From Anthoceros angustus (taxonomy: Eukaryota > Plantae > Anthocerotophyta): a DNA stretch of 64,000 bases. Where the stretch lies: the NCBI GenBank assembly GCA_010909165.1, contig MU008152.1:62001-126000 (forward strand), written 5' to 3'. Every line of letters starts with the position of its first letter. The stretch's first letter is position 1. The position numbers were made by a program, and so were the translations under genes. The notes below the pieces were generated by a model. The model made no database searches. It saw nothing but the letters and a program-made list of their open reading frames with translations, and was not told the DNA's origin. Positions 12,201-24,408 of the stretch are shown here, piece by piece.

Positions 12201-13729
12201 AGAAGAAGTTGATGTCAACGTCGTTTTAGTTCCAGGTCACATCCTTGTGCGAGGAAAAGAAGTGGGTAACCACTTCACTCCAGAAGCTGTGATAAAGGCT
12301 ACCAACAACTTTGCACAAAAGCTTGGGGAAGGGGGTTTTGGCCCTGTTTACTATGGCATGCTTCAAAACAAGCAAGAAGTGGCAGTAAAGACTCTGTCAG
12401 GAAACACTCGTCAAGGATCGAAGGAGTTTTACAATGAGGTGGGATCTGTTCTCTGGGTTATATATAGGTGCAGCCTGGGTTATAAATGCCAGGCTACTGA
12501 ACCTTTCCTCCTATGTAATGTGTAGCAGGTTGCTCTTTTATCTACTGTTAGCCACAAAAACCTGGTGAGCCTGGTTGGCTACTGTAACGACCCACCTGAA
12601 CTGAAACTCTTGTATGAGTTCATGCCTGGAGGTGACCTGCGGCAGAGATTGTACGGTCAGTGAAATCTCTTTGATAAACGTGTGGCTTTATGTCTCTAGA
12701 GGGTCATTCGTGGAAAGAACTCACTGACTACAAACGTTGTTGACATGTGAAGGTACAACTTGTGCACCTCCATTGAGCTGGCAGCAGAGGTTGAACATTG
12801 CCTTGGATGCTGCCAATGGTAAGCAGCTGGGTACATCCACATGGTCTTTAGGTCAAGGCTGTCCTCTATTGCAGCCGAACATCCATGAGCTGCTGGCTGC
12901 TAATGATCATAACTTGATACATGGATTCCAGGCATCCTGTACCTCCACGAGGGATGTAACCCCTCCATCATCCACAGGGACGTTAAGACAAGCAACATTC
13001 TTCTCACCAGTAGTATGGAGGCAAAGTTGGCAGACTTTGGGATCTCGAAGTTGAAAAGCGAGGACAAGAGTCATGTCACCACCAGAGTGATCGGGACACC
13101 AGGGTACCTGGATCCTGAGTAAGTAGTGCGGCATCCTCATATGTGCCATCATGTTGCTCACAAGTCTACCGTTCTCCTGGATTTCACACTCCGATGCGCT
13201 TGCAGGTATCAAGTATCAGGTTTCCTAACCCACAAATGCGACGTTTACAGCTTCGGGGTAGTACTCCTAGAAATTCTGTCTGGGCGGCAAGCTTTGCTTC
13301 CTGATACATTCTCCACAGCCGATCGCTTCATTGTGCAACGGGTAAGCATGAAAACATTGTCACTGACGATGGGGACCCACTAGTATCTCCAATTCGGATT
13401 CGGCACTACATTTGATTGTTAGAACCTGACCTTTGGCTGTGCAGGTGAAGACTGCGATAAATGCTGGAAGCGTGGACATGGTGGTAGACCCGAATCTGGG
13501 AGGGCAATACCCGGCAGAATCTCTGTGGAGGCTTGTGGAGCTTGCCATGCGTTGCACAAGAACTACCGGGTCAGCAAGACCTAAAATGCGATGGGTAGTG
13601 AAGGAACTATCCCAAATCGTGGAGAAGGCTCGCAATCCGCGTCCCACGTCCTCAGACTGCTCCGCTGAATATTGCGGTGATGAACCACTTTCGCCTGGGA
13701 CAGAAGATGACCAACCCACAGCTCGATGA
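9230..13729 (+). CDS. Malectin-like/GDPC/LRR receptor-like kinase, LRR-I type (RLK2), about 17 exons
   Basis: Signal peptide [27 protein letters not shown], four LRR exons and [23 protein letters not shown]. Kinase motifs [37 protein letters not shown]. Stop at 13729. Confidence 0.93.
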
Positions 13730-13779
13730 CAGCCAATTGCTTCACTGTGAAAGGCAAATGGCGCCAGGAATACAGCTCA

Positions 13780-14270
13780 TGGATGTTCGGCTGACCTCCA
13801 CACCGACTTCACCTTGAAGGATCCTTGCAAACCCGAATCCACCACCGCTAACAAGGTTCCAGTGTTTCGAGACGAAGGCAAGAGAAGACGAGGACTCTCA
13901 CCCTTTCCACGATGAACCTGTATGGGCCTCAAGCTTGCGGAATAGGCGGCTGTCAACACAAGATCTCCGACACCACCACTCCGAAACTGTAGACATCGCT
14001 CTTGTCGGTGAGCATGCCAGTTGTCTCGTACCTGCGACCACCCGTCACCATTAGCATCTGCAGAAACCTTTCCTTTTGTTCCCTGTATGTAGCCACCTTG
14101 AAGACAGAAACTCACTCGGGATTTAGGTGTCCAGCGTACCCTTGAAGGCACCATGGTCATCACGCTTGTTTGTCCATCGTGTGTGAGCTTAGACAATCCA
14201 AAGTCCGCCACTTTGGATCCTTGTTTGCTGTTCCAGACATTATTGCCGCTCTTCACATCCTCATCCATGA
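13780..14270 (-). pseudogene. Degenerate RLK kinase fragment (subdomains VIb-XI, introns retained)
   Basis: [35 protein letters not shown] and the following [17 protein letters not shown] exon align to 19490-20040 of RLK3. Frameshifts and deletions are present. Confidence 0.85.
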
Positions 14271-14524
14271 AGGAATTTTGATTGCTGCTGCTCTTGCTGT
14301 GTGGGCTGAAGCTTAGAGGACCAACTGATTGTCCCACCACTGAGGGAGTATAGACATAAGTAGACCGCTTGGTACCATTATTACCCCAAGTTACCGTTAC
14401 AAAAGCCAACAAGTTGAGCATCATAACATAAAGCATAATCATAGCGTAAGCCCATGTTCACCACAAAAGTTGACAAACATAGTAGAAGACATCATGTGGA
14501 AGATTGCCACATTGCAACCATGTG

Positions 14525-14960
14525 TTGCAGCCGTGTTATGGACTTCTAGGCGAATCTCCATGACGATACAAGGACCTATACATTGAATCTTACGACTAGA
14601 GTGACTCCCTACGGTACTTACCAGTATGGATACCCAAACCAAACGATTCCGGCGGATCTTCTGGTAATGACATTCACACAATGTACTGATCCCGCATGGA
14701 TTTGCCCCCGCTTCTCAAGGCCGTCGAGGCTTACCAGATTGTCCCGCTGGCTTCGCCAACCAATCCCCCAAATGGTGAGTTCTCGGTAGAAGGTCGCCAT
14801 CCTTTGCTCATTTTCATGGGAGTTGGTCCGCTAACAATATGGTACACTAGTTGTCTTGCTCACTGCGCAGTCATTGCGCTGGCTGCCGTAAAGCAAGCTC
14901 TCAATTGTAGTCGGTGGACTGGGTATCCGTGCAATCCCGTGCCCTGGGATGAAACCGTCT
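14525..14960 (+). pseudogene. Degenerate malectin/GDPC-region exon pair of an RLK
   Basis: RVMDF*AN...DLPPLLKAVEAYQIV, an intron, then VIALAAVKQALNCSRWTGYPCNPVPWDE. Contains a stop and a frameshift, and is cut off at ~14960 by repeat/TE sequence. Confidence 0.85.
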
Positions 14961-15274
14961 TATTAATAATGTAGTGACATCCTTGTAAGGCTCTACCCAG
15001 CACAATTTGGCCTGCATGCATGTTATGTGCAAACAACATGTTTGACTTGTGAATTTGGATATCCAACATGTGCAGGGACTGAAAGATATCCAACATGTAA
15101 GAATGCTCAGCCATCATCACCATCACCCGCGTTACTGATTGCTTCAGCCCTGTCATTCTATTGGAAGAATCACCTTCCATTTTCTTAATCCATGAATTGA
15201 GATCATGGGCTCCGATTTGTAACAGTTCTTGAGGCAAGGGGAAGCCATCACCAAGCCTCAAACCATTACGAGCC

Positions 15275-15575
15275 ATAACAAACATGTATTCTATTGTCCA
15301 CACAACAAACATGTAATCTACCATGAATAACTGCATAAATATACATAACAAACTTGTATTCTATTGTGAACAATATGCACAACAAACTTGTATTCTATTG
15401 TGAACAATATGCACAACAAACTTGTATTCCATTGTGAACAAATGCATCACTGTGCACAACAAAAATAACATACATGTTACACTACTCACTGCGCACAACA
15501 AAGACAACATACATGTTAGAGTAATCTACTATGAACAACTGCATCACTGTACAGAACAAAGAAAACATACATGTA
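15275..15575. repeat. Minisatellite with ~34-bp units and longer related units
   Basis: aacaaacttgtattctattgtgaacaatatgcac occurs about three times at 15348-15450. Related units resume at 17887-17930, on the far side of the TIR element. Confidence 0.85.
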
Positions 15576-17893
15576 ACATCATAATTTTTGAAGGGGGTGA
15601 ATAATCTCGAAGGGGGTTTTCCGTAAATAATCTCTGAAGGGGGTTTTTGATGGGCCCTGGAATGGGCCATCCTACTGAGAAGAGGGATCTAGATGATCCC
15701 GACCATGGCAAGATGGTTCTTAGCATGGCTCCTGTTCTGGAAAGACTCAATATTCTTCCGTTCAGGGTATGTTGACCACCCTTCACCATGGACTACAGAA
15801 GGCATTCCGGAAAACATCTCCGAAAAAAAGGGTGTCACCCACTAAAGTTCCTACTTTCCATCCAGCAATGTTTCTGTCGAATGGTGGTCACAAACTCGAA
15901 CCTATGGGATTAATGCAAAGTAGGCAGTGAGAAGGCGTTCCTTAGGAAGGGCCGACTGTAAATTCAGTTTTGGGAGGAAAATGTGGTTTAGTAAGGACAC
16001 AACAAAAGCTACGGACAGGGTATTTCTAAAACACAGTAACATCTGGAACCAGACGTACAACGTTCATTCTGGGACCCCGGGACAAACCGTGATTTCAGTT
16101 TCATCCATCACCAGAGTTCAATCCTTCGTCATCACTTGGTCCAGCTTCTCCATCATTGTCATCACTATCTTCAGCGGCACTTTGACTCGCAGGCTGTATG
16201 AAGCCGCGCAACTCGCAGAGCTTATCCCTTATCGCTTTTTTGTCCACCGCATACACATGTTTCCGTGCGTTCAACACAAACCCGTAATACAAGATGGCTG
16301 TTTCATTCACAAACACCTCCTGTGTGTTTTTTGGGTAATGGACCTTATTCCCTTTTTTCCTCGGCATCAAACCAGATGGGGTAGCACTCTGACGGACTAT
16401 GTATTCCTACACATATCTCCCTTCGTACGCATCTGTGTGCTCGATCCGATACCAGTGGATAAGAAAGTGAGGTCGTGGTGCATCTAGCTTCGTGTCAATG
16501 ACTCTCCCCAATCCAGAATGGCCTGTTATGCGTGTCTATAGTGCACGGCACTGCCAGAAACATCCCCTTCCGGATTTCCATTATGTCTCCATTGATCCAC
16601 GTCATTCTCACTGTTGCCTTCCGGCATTTTGATAGTCAGGCTGTATGATCCACTTCTGCACGTGAAAACCACTTCCAAGGACGCTGTAGCACTAGCCCAA
16701 TGTTATTCTCCACAATGATAACAATCTCCTTCCGGTCCACCCAAAAGGCTTCCCACCACTTGTACTCTTGATCACCTATGGACGCAAATCTTTTAACCCT
16801 TCTGCAAATGGGCCACACCTTCCGTCGGTGATAGGATACCGTTCCTTCTTATCCCCTAGCTCCACCCGCATGCGGGTGGTGCTAAGGGAGGGCGTCGGCC
16901 GGCGCCCTCCCTTTGCACCACCCATCGGTGCATGCGGGTGGAGCTAGAGGACGGCGCCCTCCCCCAGCATGCCCTGCTCATGCCGGCCGGCGCCCTCCCC
17001 ATGGGCTCCTCATAGGGGTCTTGAAGAAAATGAATTCTTAGCAGTTCAAAAGCCTTGGAAATGTTGGTCAAGAGGTTGGGAAAAAGGTGTAGTAATGAAT
17101 AGGTTTAGAGTTCGAATCCTACATCTTCTTGATAACTCAACTTTGTTGATTTTAATTGTTGATTTTAAGGACGCTTGCATGGGCGCATGGGCAACCAACT
17201 TTGTTCATTTTAACGACGCTGGCATTGCCTTAAAGCCCAAGTAGTTGCATTGAGTGCCAGAAGGCTGAAGACCACGATTGGCGAGCTTTTGGATGAGGGT
17301 CAGCAGACCCTAAATGTTGTGTGGCAGTCGACACCGTCCGAAGCTCAGCCCAAGGATTATACTTATGAATACGAGCACGCATTGGAGGAGAATGACAGCT
17401 TTGACGCATAGGATATGGACCGCCTTCAGAATTTGATGGTGGTCCTTGACTCAGTATCGGCGCAAGGCATAGACGAGTCGCTCGGCCGCACTCTTGAATG
17501 ACTATTGTCGATCGATGACCACTTCCTCCTTTAGCGCTTGTTTGTTGAAATGTTCTCACGACCCTTTGAAATAAGACTCGCTAATGTCTGATTGTTTTCA
17601 TTGTCTTCCACCACTTGAAAGTAAAAGTTTTCGGTTGTAATAAACATATGAAAATGGCAGCCCTCTATGCATTCTACTAAAACGCAGACGGGCCCACACC
17701 CTACTGTGCTCTAGTTCTGGAGTGTAGACTTGAAAGTGCGTCTTTTATCAAAGGTATGGGATAAGAAAGGGTGTGCGCATTATCAAAGTAGGGCAGATAT
17801 GCTGTTGCAGGAAGAGTGTACATCGTGACAAGGGGGTGCTGTCTCGACCGAAGGGGATTACTATATTCCCCCCCTTCAAAAATTATCATGTTA
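15574..17893. mobile_element. Degenerate DNA-transposon-like element with terminal inverted repeats
   Basis: ATAATTTTTGAAGGGGG[T/G]GAATA at 15581-15603 is inverted at 17864-17886 (22/23 identical, extendable to ~30 bp). Broken minus-strand coding-like segments lie inside (MFLAV...PFWI...HFLIHWY, acidic tail). Confidence 0.6.
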
Positions 17894-17934
17894 TGTAATC
17901 TATTGTGAACAATTGCATCACTGCCTTGCAGCCC

Positions 17935-18700
17935 GCAAGGCACCAAGACAAAGGGAATTAGATATCAAGGTACACATGAAGCCCAAGACAAACCCATAGG
18001 CTGCACAGACGCGGACTGGGTAGGTGATCCTAACTCCAGAAAGTCAACAAGCGGCTACATATTCTTACTTGCCGGAGGAGCTATAAGCTGAAAAGCCTAC
18101 ATATTCTTACTTGCCGGAGGAGCTATAAGCTGAAAAGCCAAGAAGCAAACATCAATCGCACTTAGTTCCGCAGAATCGGAATACATGGCAACCTCTGCAG
18201 CCACCAAGGAAGGCTTGTTGCTGCTACAGCTGCTTGAGGATCTTGGCTACCCACATGAAAGACCGATCGAATTACGTTACGACAACCAAGCCACCATAGC
18301 GCTATCTAAAGACCTCAGATTTCACGAGAGATCGAAGCACGTAGAACCGCGCTACCATTTTCTCCGGATGAAAGTGGAGACTGGCGCGCTACGTCTTACC
18401 TACGTGCTGACCGAAGACCAAGTGGCGGACATCTTAACGAAACTGCTGGGAAAGATCAAACATTCTTCAGCAGGAGGTCTGATAGATCATTCATGATCAT
18501 TTCATCGGTGTTTGAGCTTAAGGGGGTGTGTAAAGAGTGTGTGAACGATTTAGATAAGCTGCAAACCGTCGAGGCATATACTAGCGTAAGGTCGTGACCG
18601 ACGTTAACCGTCGTGACTCTTGGACAAACTCTCCTAACCTAATGCTCAAAGGAATACTGGACATTGTACAATGAGAAAAAAAGATTTCAATTCACAAACT
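17935..18700 (+). mobile_element. Ty1/copia LTR retrotransposon remnant (RT end, RNase H, PPT, probable 3' LTR start)
   Basis: CTDADWVGD..SRKSTSGYIFLLAGGAIS*K.KKQTSIALSSAESEYMA...YDNQATIAL...HERSKHVEPRYHFLR...DQVADILTK. A polypurine tract aagggggtg is followed by TGT at ~18528. A 42-bp internal duplication lies at 18055-18138. Confidence 0.92.
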
Positions 18701-18805
18701 TTGTTAATTCTCTGTCTCCGTATATTATCTCATATACGATCTGCAATGTCATGATCAGGCTAATGAATAGCATACACACATTTAGACCAACTGCCCATGA
18801 GTCAG

Positions 18806-18887
18806 GCTAGGACATGGAAAGCAGTTATGTGTACCCTACCACATTAGCTAGGACATGGAAAGCAGTTATGTGTACCCTACCACATTA
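18806..18887. repeat. Perfect 41-bp tandem duplication
   Basis: gctaggacatggaaagcagttatgtgtaccctaccacatta occurs twice. Confidence 0.95.
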
Positions 18888-19215
18888 GCAAGCTCGGAGC
18901 CATGCCAACTTGTGTCTGCGCTAGTTGGTACGGTTTTTTGGGGCAACTAGTCATTAAACTAAGATCGTATTGTGCTCCAACTGTGAGTCTAAAGAGGTCC
19001 TCAATTAAATTGGGTACGTTACCTTTACAAAAGAATGACTATCGCCCTTTGGAGCTCGCTCTAAAAACAACAGAGAGGGCGCAGGACCCGTTGTCTACTT
19101 TCAGGAGAGGTTCGCATATCCGTAGACAATTGTCTGTGAGGTGCAATGGTGGCATCCTAGACGATCTAGTGAAAGAACAGGCAATAGGGCAGAGGAGAAC
19201 CTACGCACAAGAAGC

Positions 19216-22200
19216 TCAGTAAGCACGGGGAGCTTCATCCGCATGGAAAATTTGGGAAGGCTGGTCTGTGCTGTATTTGAAGTAGCCGGAGTTGCCGGAG
19301 TGGCCGGGCCTGACGTCCGTGGGATTTAGGGTGATGTTGTCGCTGTATGTCCCGCCGCTGGACTGAGCCCATTCTCCTCTTTGTTCTCCGAACTCCAGTT
19401 CCAGAGTTTGGGTGATATCGGTCACCACTTTGCTCATGCCAGGTCTGGCAGAGGCAGCAATTGGCACGCAGCTCATGGCGATTTCCGCAAATCTCCACAC
19501 CGACTCTACCTTGTAGTCTCCTCTGAGAGCCGGGTCCACCACCGCTGCAAGGCTTCCAGTGTTCATGGCGGCTCTCACCTGTGACTCAGATTGGCACGCA
19601 CAACCATGAGTTCCTGTTGTAGATGTTGGAATGGCAGGCAAAGAGAGGATGAGGACTCTCACCCTTTCCACGATGAACCTGTGAGGACCTTCCGGTAAAA
19701 TGGGCGGGTGCCCACACATCATCTCTAACAACACCACTCCGAAACTGTAGACATCGCTCTTGTCGGTGAGCATGCCAGTTGTGTTGTACCTGCGAACACC
19801 CCCACCACCCACCATTAGCAGCTGCAGAGGGTTCCCTCGACTTGCGCAACCGGGTATGTCGAGCAGGTGAGGAAGCAACTCACTCAGGGTCCAGGTATCC
19901 TAGCGTGCCCTTCACCATGGTCATCACGTGGGTTTGTCCATCGTCTGTGAGCTTGGACAACCCGAAGTCTGCCACTTTGGCTTCTAGTTTGCTGTTCAGG
20001 AGGATGTTGCTGCTTTTTACATCCCTATGAAAGATTGCTGGACGGCAACCATGGTGCAAATATTCCAGACCTGCCCACGTAAGGCAGTCAGTACCAGCTT
20101 TTATCTCCCAGGATGCAAGGCAAGCCCAGCGGGAAGGTTTGGATAGTCCAATGGATTACCTCTGGCAGAGTCTAGGGCTATCTGCAGTCTCTGTCTCCAG
20201 TTCAGTGGAGAGTGCTGTGCGGCTTTGCTACCTGCAAGCATGAGGGAGCACCACGAGAACAATGAACTCACAGCAATTGATGCACTGAATTGAGAGTTCG
20301 AAGCAAAGAAAGGTGGTTGCGAAGTGACAAGCAATGGTTGAGGGCCAAAGCTGGCACTTACTGTACAGGCGGGCTCGAAGATCTCCTCCAGACATATACT
20401 CGTACATAAGAATGAGTTCCTCCCCTTCCGCACAGTACCCAACAAGTGACACCAGTTTTTTGTGGTGCACCGTGGACAGAAGATCGATCTAGGAAACGAT
20501 GATGAGAAAACCGTCAGCCCTCCTGGAAATGCATCTTGAAAGCAAGCTTCAGTCTGGATGTCTTCAGGATGCCTGCAACATGTTGAGTACAAGGTACCGT
20601 CTACACCAGTCTGAAATACCTCGTTGGAGAACTCGTTAAGCCCTTGCTGGGACTTCCCGGACATGACTTTTACGGCAACCTCTTGCTCCTTGAGCAGCCC
20701 ATAATACACTGGTCCAAATCCGCCCTCCCCGATTTTCCTTGCAAAGTTGTTTGTAGCTTCCTTGACGGTGCTCAGAGCATATGGGTGAGCTTTCCTACGA
20801 GGATGATGTGATGGGGTCGACTGTGGATAAACTGGAGAGGCTGCAGCACAGTTCACATAGCAAAATACAGAATGTGACATCGATATCCACGAGTCGCAAC
20901 CTGTTGTCAGTTCGGCCGTGCTACTTACCACCGTCTGAAAAGGTAGCTAATGGTGAAGGAGGATTGGTCCCTTGGGTGGTCGGTTTCTTCCAGCAGCAGC
21001 ACCAAAGGACGACGAAAAGTATCAGGAGGAGGACCAAGACCCCAGCCACAACGCCACCAATGGCCGGCCCAAGGGAACTTTTGCTCTTGGACGTGGTGTC
21101 GTTCCCGTTCCCTCCTGGTGTTATTGCCGGTGGTGGTGGAGGGCTCGTTGTTGCAGCGGGTGGTGTACCTTGCGGGCAAATTGCATTCGCTGAAGGAACA
21201 CACTGAAGCTGAAGATTACCAGAATACCTACGAAGGAACAACCAACCTTTGTTTGGCGATCAACAGCACAACCGACCTGGACGTGGACGACGTGTGTTCA
21301 CAACTGAAAAATGTCTAAAGCCCAGCAAGCTTGAAGGTTGGAACTGTTACACTAGTTAGCCCTCACCTGAAGTCACCGATCTTGGCGAAGTAGGTGGCAG
21401 GGAAGGAGCCACTCAGGTTGTTGTTACTCACATCCCTGGACCACGGGGGAAGCTCGTTCATCAATTTGCCAAACTTATCATAACAAAAGTCACATTCGTG
21501 AAGACATTCCACATGGACACGAAGTCCAAGTCGCACTTACAGAGAGCTCAAAGAAGTAAACTGTGCGACCCAAGTGGGCAGAGGGCCAGAGAACTGGTTG
21601 TCCGATAGGTTCCTGTCAGTTGCAACCAGACAACATCATCAGTCTGGGCCACATGCCCTGGCTTCCAAGCACAATTATCAAGCTCCCGTACAGCAGTTCC
21701 CTTTGCCTGTTGTTATACAAACAGACTTGGCAGAGTCACAGGGCATGGCTTACAGGCTTTTGAGACCTGCCAGGCCTGAAATGGCTGTCGGAATCGGGCC
21801 GCTGAGACTTTTGCCCGAAAGATCCCTGCAAATATTGGCAACAATGTGACACAGTCAATTGCTGTCTTGTGCACCAAATTACATGCTGGCAGAGCAGGAT
21901 GAGCTGGGTAGGACTTTACAAGGCTGTGACTGCATTGTTGACACACGTGATTTCATCCCATGGCACAGGACTACACGGATCCCCAGTCCACCGGCTGTAG
22001 CTGAGAGCCAACTTTACCGCAGCCAGCGCAGTGACTACAGTGTAGCACCCATATCATGAGCAGACTAAGCCATGGGAACGAGCAAACAGAGGGCCTTGTG
22101 CAGGAACTCACCATCCTGCGCATTTGTACGCGAACCCAGCCCGATGATCTGGTACAGCTCAAATGCATTCAAAAGCGGGGGCAGATCCGTGCTAGCATCA

Positions 22201-23693
22201 GGAAGCAAAGTGAACACCAGTTCAGACTTATCCACAGGAACATGGTAGGTTTTTCCTCCAAACTGGAATGTAGTGAAAGGAGGGACAATGGCAGTGATAT
22301 TCAGAACATAGCCCGGTGGAGCCTTGGAGAGGAAATTCGGCTGGAAGTCTATTACCCGACTGCAAAACCCCACACCAGGCATCAGCAGCTAGCAATGGTG
22401 AGTTGCAGAAGAGAAAGAAGGAGCCATGGTCCGAGCTGAAGGCACCTGAGTCCTGAAGTCGCAGTGTTGTTGATCTCGGCAAAGAACAAGAAGGCGTAGA
22501 TTACAGGAGAAGGCGTGTCGTAGACATTCACGGTGACCGTGTAGTTGAGAAGATTGGGATCGGTGACAGCTGACTGCATAACAATGGCGGGAGGATAGTC
22601 TGCCTGATAGCTCCCATTGTTGATTATCTGGTCAAAAGAGTTAGGATACCCAGGTGCAAAAAGGCTGGTGTACGTGGCTCCAGAGCTCTTGGGCAAGGGC
22701 GGCCATATCCGATCGAAGTTATCAAAGGGAAACCTACAAGCACACATACCGTCCATGTGTCAAGGCCGGCCAAGCTGCAGACTGCACTTTCATGCTCATG
22801 GGGATCCTTAAGCTTGCATCGATATCCCACCTGAACGTGGTTGTCTCCTCCCCGAAATTGCGCCGCCTGAGCAGGTTCAAGAGGTTTCTCGAGTCATCCA
22901 AGTTGGCGATGTACGAGAAGCGATTGACCGGCCTGAGCTCCAGGGTGTTGATAAAAGGGTCGCTGCCGTCCAGCCGGATCAAGCACACACTCACGCTGGG
23001 CTTGGTGGTGAGCACCAGGACCTCGTACGTGGAGTACGTGTTCGGAGTGGTGTCGATGGTGACATGCGTCCACACCGTCTCATCCACAGAAAGCTGCCGC
23101 CACACACTCTATCAGATTCCGCACTCCTGCAAAGTGCAAAGCCAAAAATGCGCCTCTCCCAAAGCCGCGGAACATGGACGCAGTACCTGGAAGTTGATGC
23201 CCCCTGCAGGCACCGCGGTGTAGCCCCCGAAGTAGAACCAGGCTCGCACCAGGTACTGCGTGTCGTTGGAGACATCCAGGTCGTAGCAGTTCTTGGCGGG
23301 CGATGAGGCGGGGAAGAACCTGAGCGAGGTGAGATCCGTGACCAGGGCATCTCCCGTGGACGCGGCCACCCCGGTGGAGATGAAGCTCACGTCGCTCAGG
23401 AAGGTGAGATTGGTGTCGGGATGCTTGTACGAGAATCCCGCAGGAGCGCCGCAGTCGATGTTGATGAACCCTGCACACGCCCATTTCAGAATTCAGGGAC
23501 CGGATCCTGCCTGCTGGGCTTCTGGCACCACTGGTGCTGGGCAGCGCGGAAGGAAGGACTGGAGGTTCCAGGAAGCGGCAGCACAGCACCCACCTCCGGT
23601 CTGGGCATCGGCAGCGCGGTGCAGGCTTTGCAGCAGCGCGATGCCCACAACCCACAAAACACCCAGCCTCCGGATTCGAGCGCGAGAATCCAT
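19216..23693 (-). CDS. Malectin-like/GDPC/LRR receptor-like kinase, LRR-I type (RLK3), about 16 exons
   Basis: Exon 1 is 23693-23594 ([21 protein letters not shown]). FINIDCG, WTGDPC, three LRR exons, [23 protein letters not shown]. Kinase motifs [31 protein letters not shown]. Stop at 19216. Confidence 0.93.
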
Positions 23694-24408
23694 CGCCGGG
23701 AGCTGGAAGACCGCCACAGCCGCCTCCTGGTGTCCTAGATCCTGAATCCCGCAATGCCTGATCCAGAAGCAGGCGCGATTGGGGAAGCTTTCACCCAGCC
23801 CCAGCCGCCATGCTTCCCGCCGTTGCTACAGCAGACGAAGTCGCAGCCTTGCAAAACATCCGTCTCTCCTGGCATTGGCTGGCCATAATGCGCGTTCTCT
23901 CCTCTGCGGCCTCCGCGACGTTGCTGCTGAATCATGGCGGGTGGGCGGTGCGTTGACCCCGTAAACCAGGCGGGACAATGCGAGTTACAGTGGCGGACGC
24001 ACATTGCGAGCCCGCTTCCATGCCTAAAACGAATTTTGCAAGCCTGGCATGGCTCGCCGACGCGGCGACCGTCGGTCGCCGCCCATCGGTCGGCGCAGCG
24101 CGGAGTTGGGGACTGGGTCGCAGAGTCTCGAACTGGGAAAGGGCAGGTTTGGCGCGTGCTTGCGCGGATTTTCAGATGGGGTTGTGCAGATACCATATGC
24201 CCACTTGCTCAATCTGCAGTGCTGCTTGTACTGCTGCTGTTCGTACAACTTCTGTGTAAAAGCGAGGTGTTGGCCACTTTGTACTATATCCGGAAGGAGG
24301 AAGGAGTCAGGGCTCCATGACACCAGCTCATTGGAAGGTCCGCTGCATCGTTTGCAGTTTTCTAATACGATAGTGATGGCCGGAATGTCTGTCATATCGG
24401 CACTTCCG

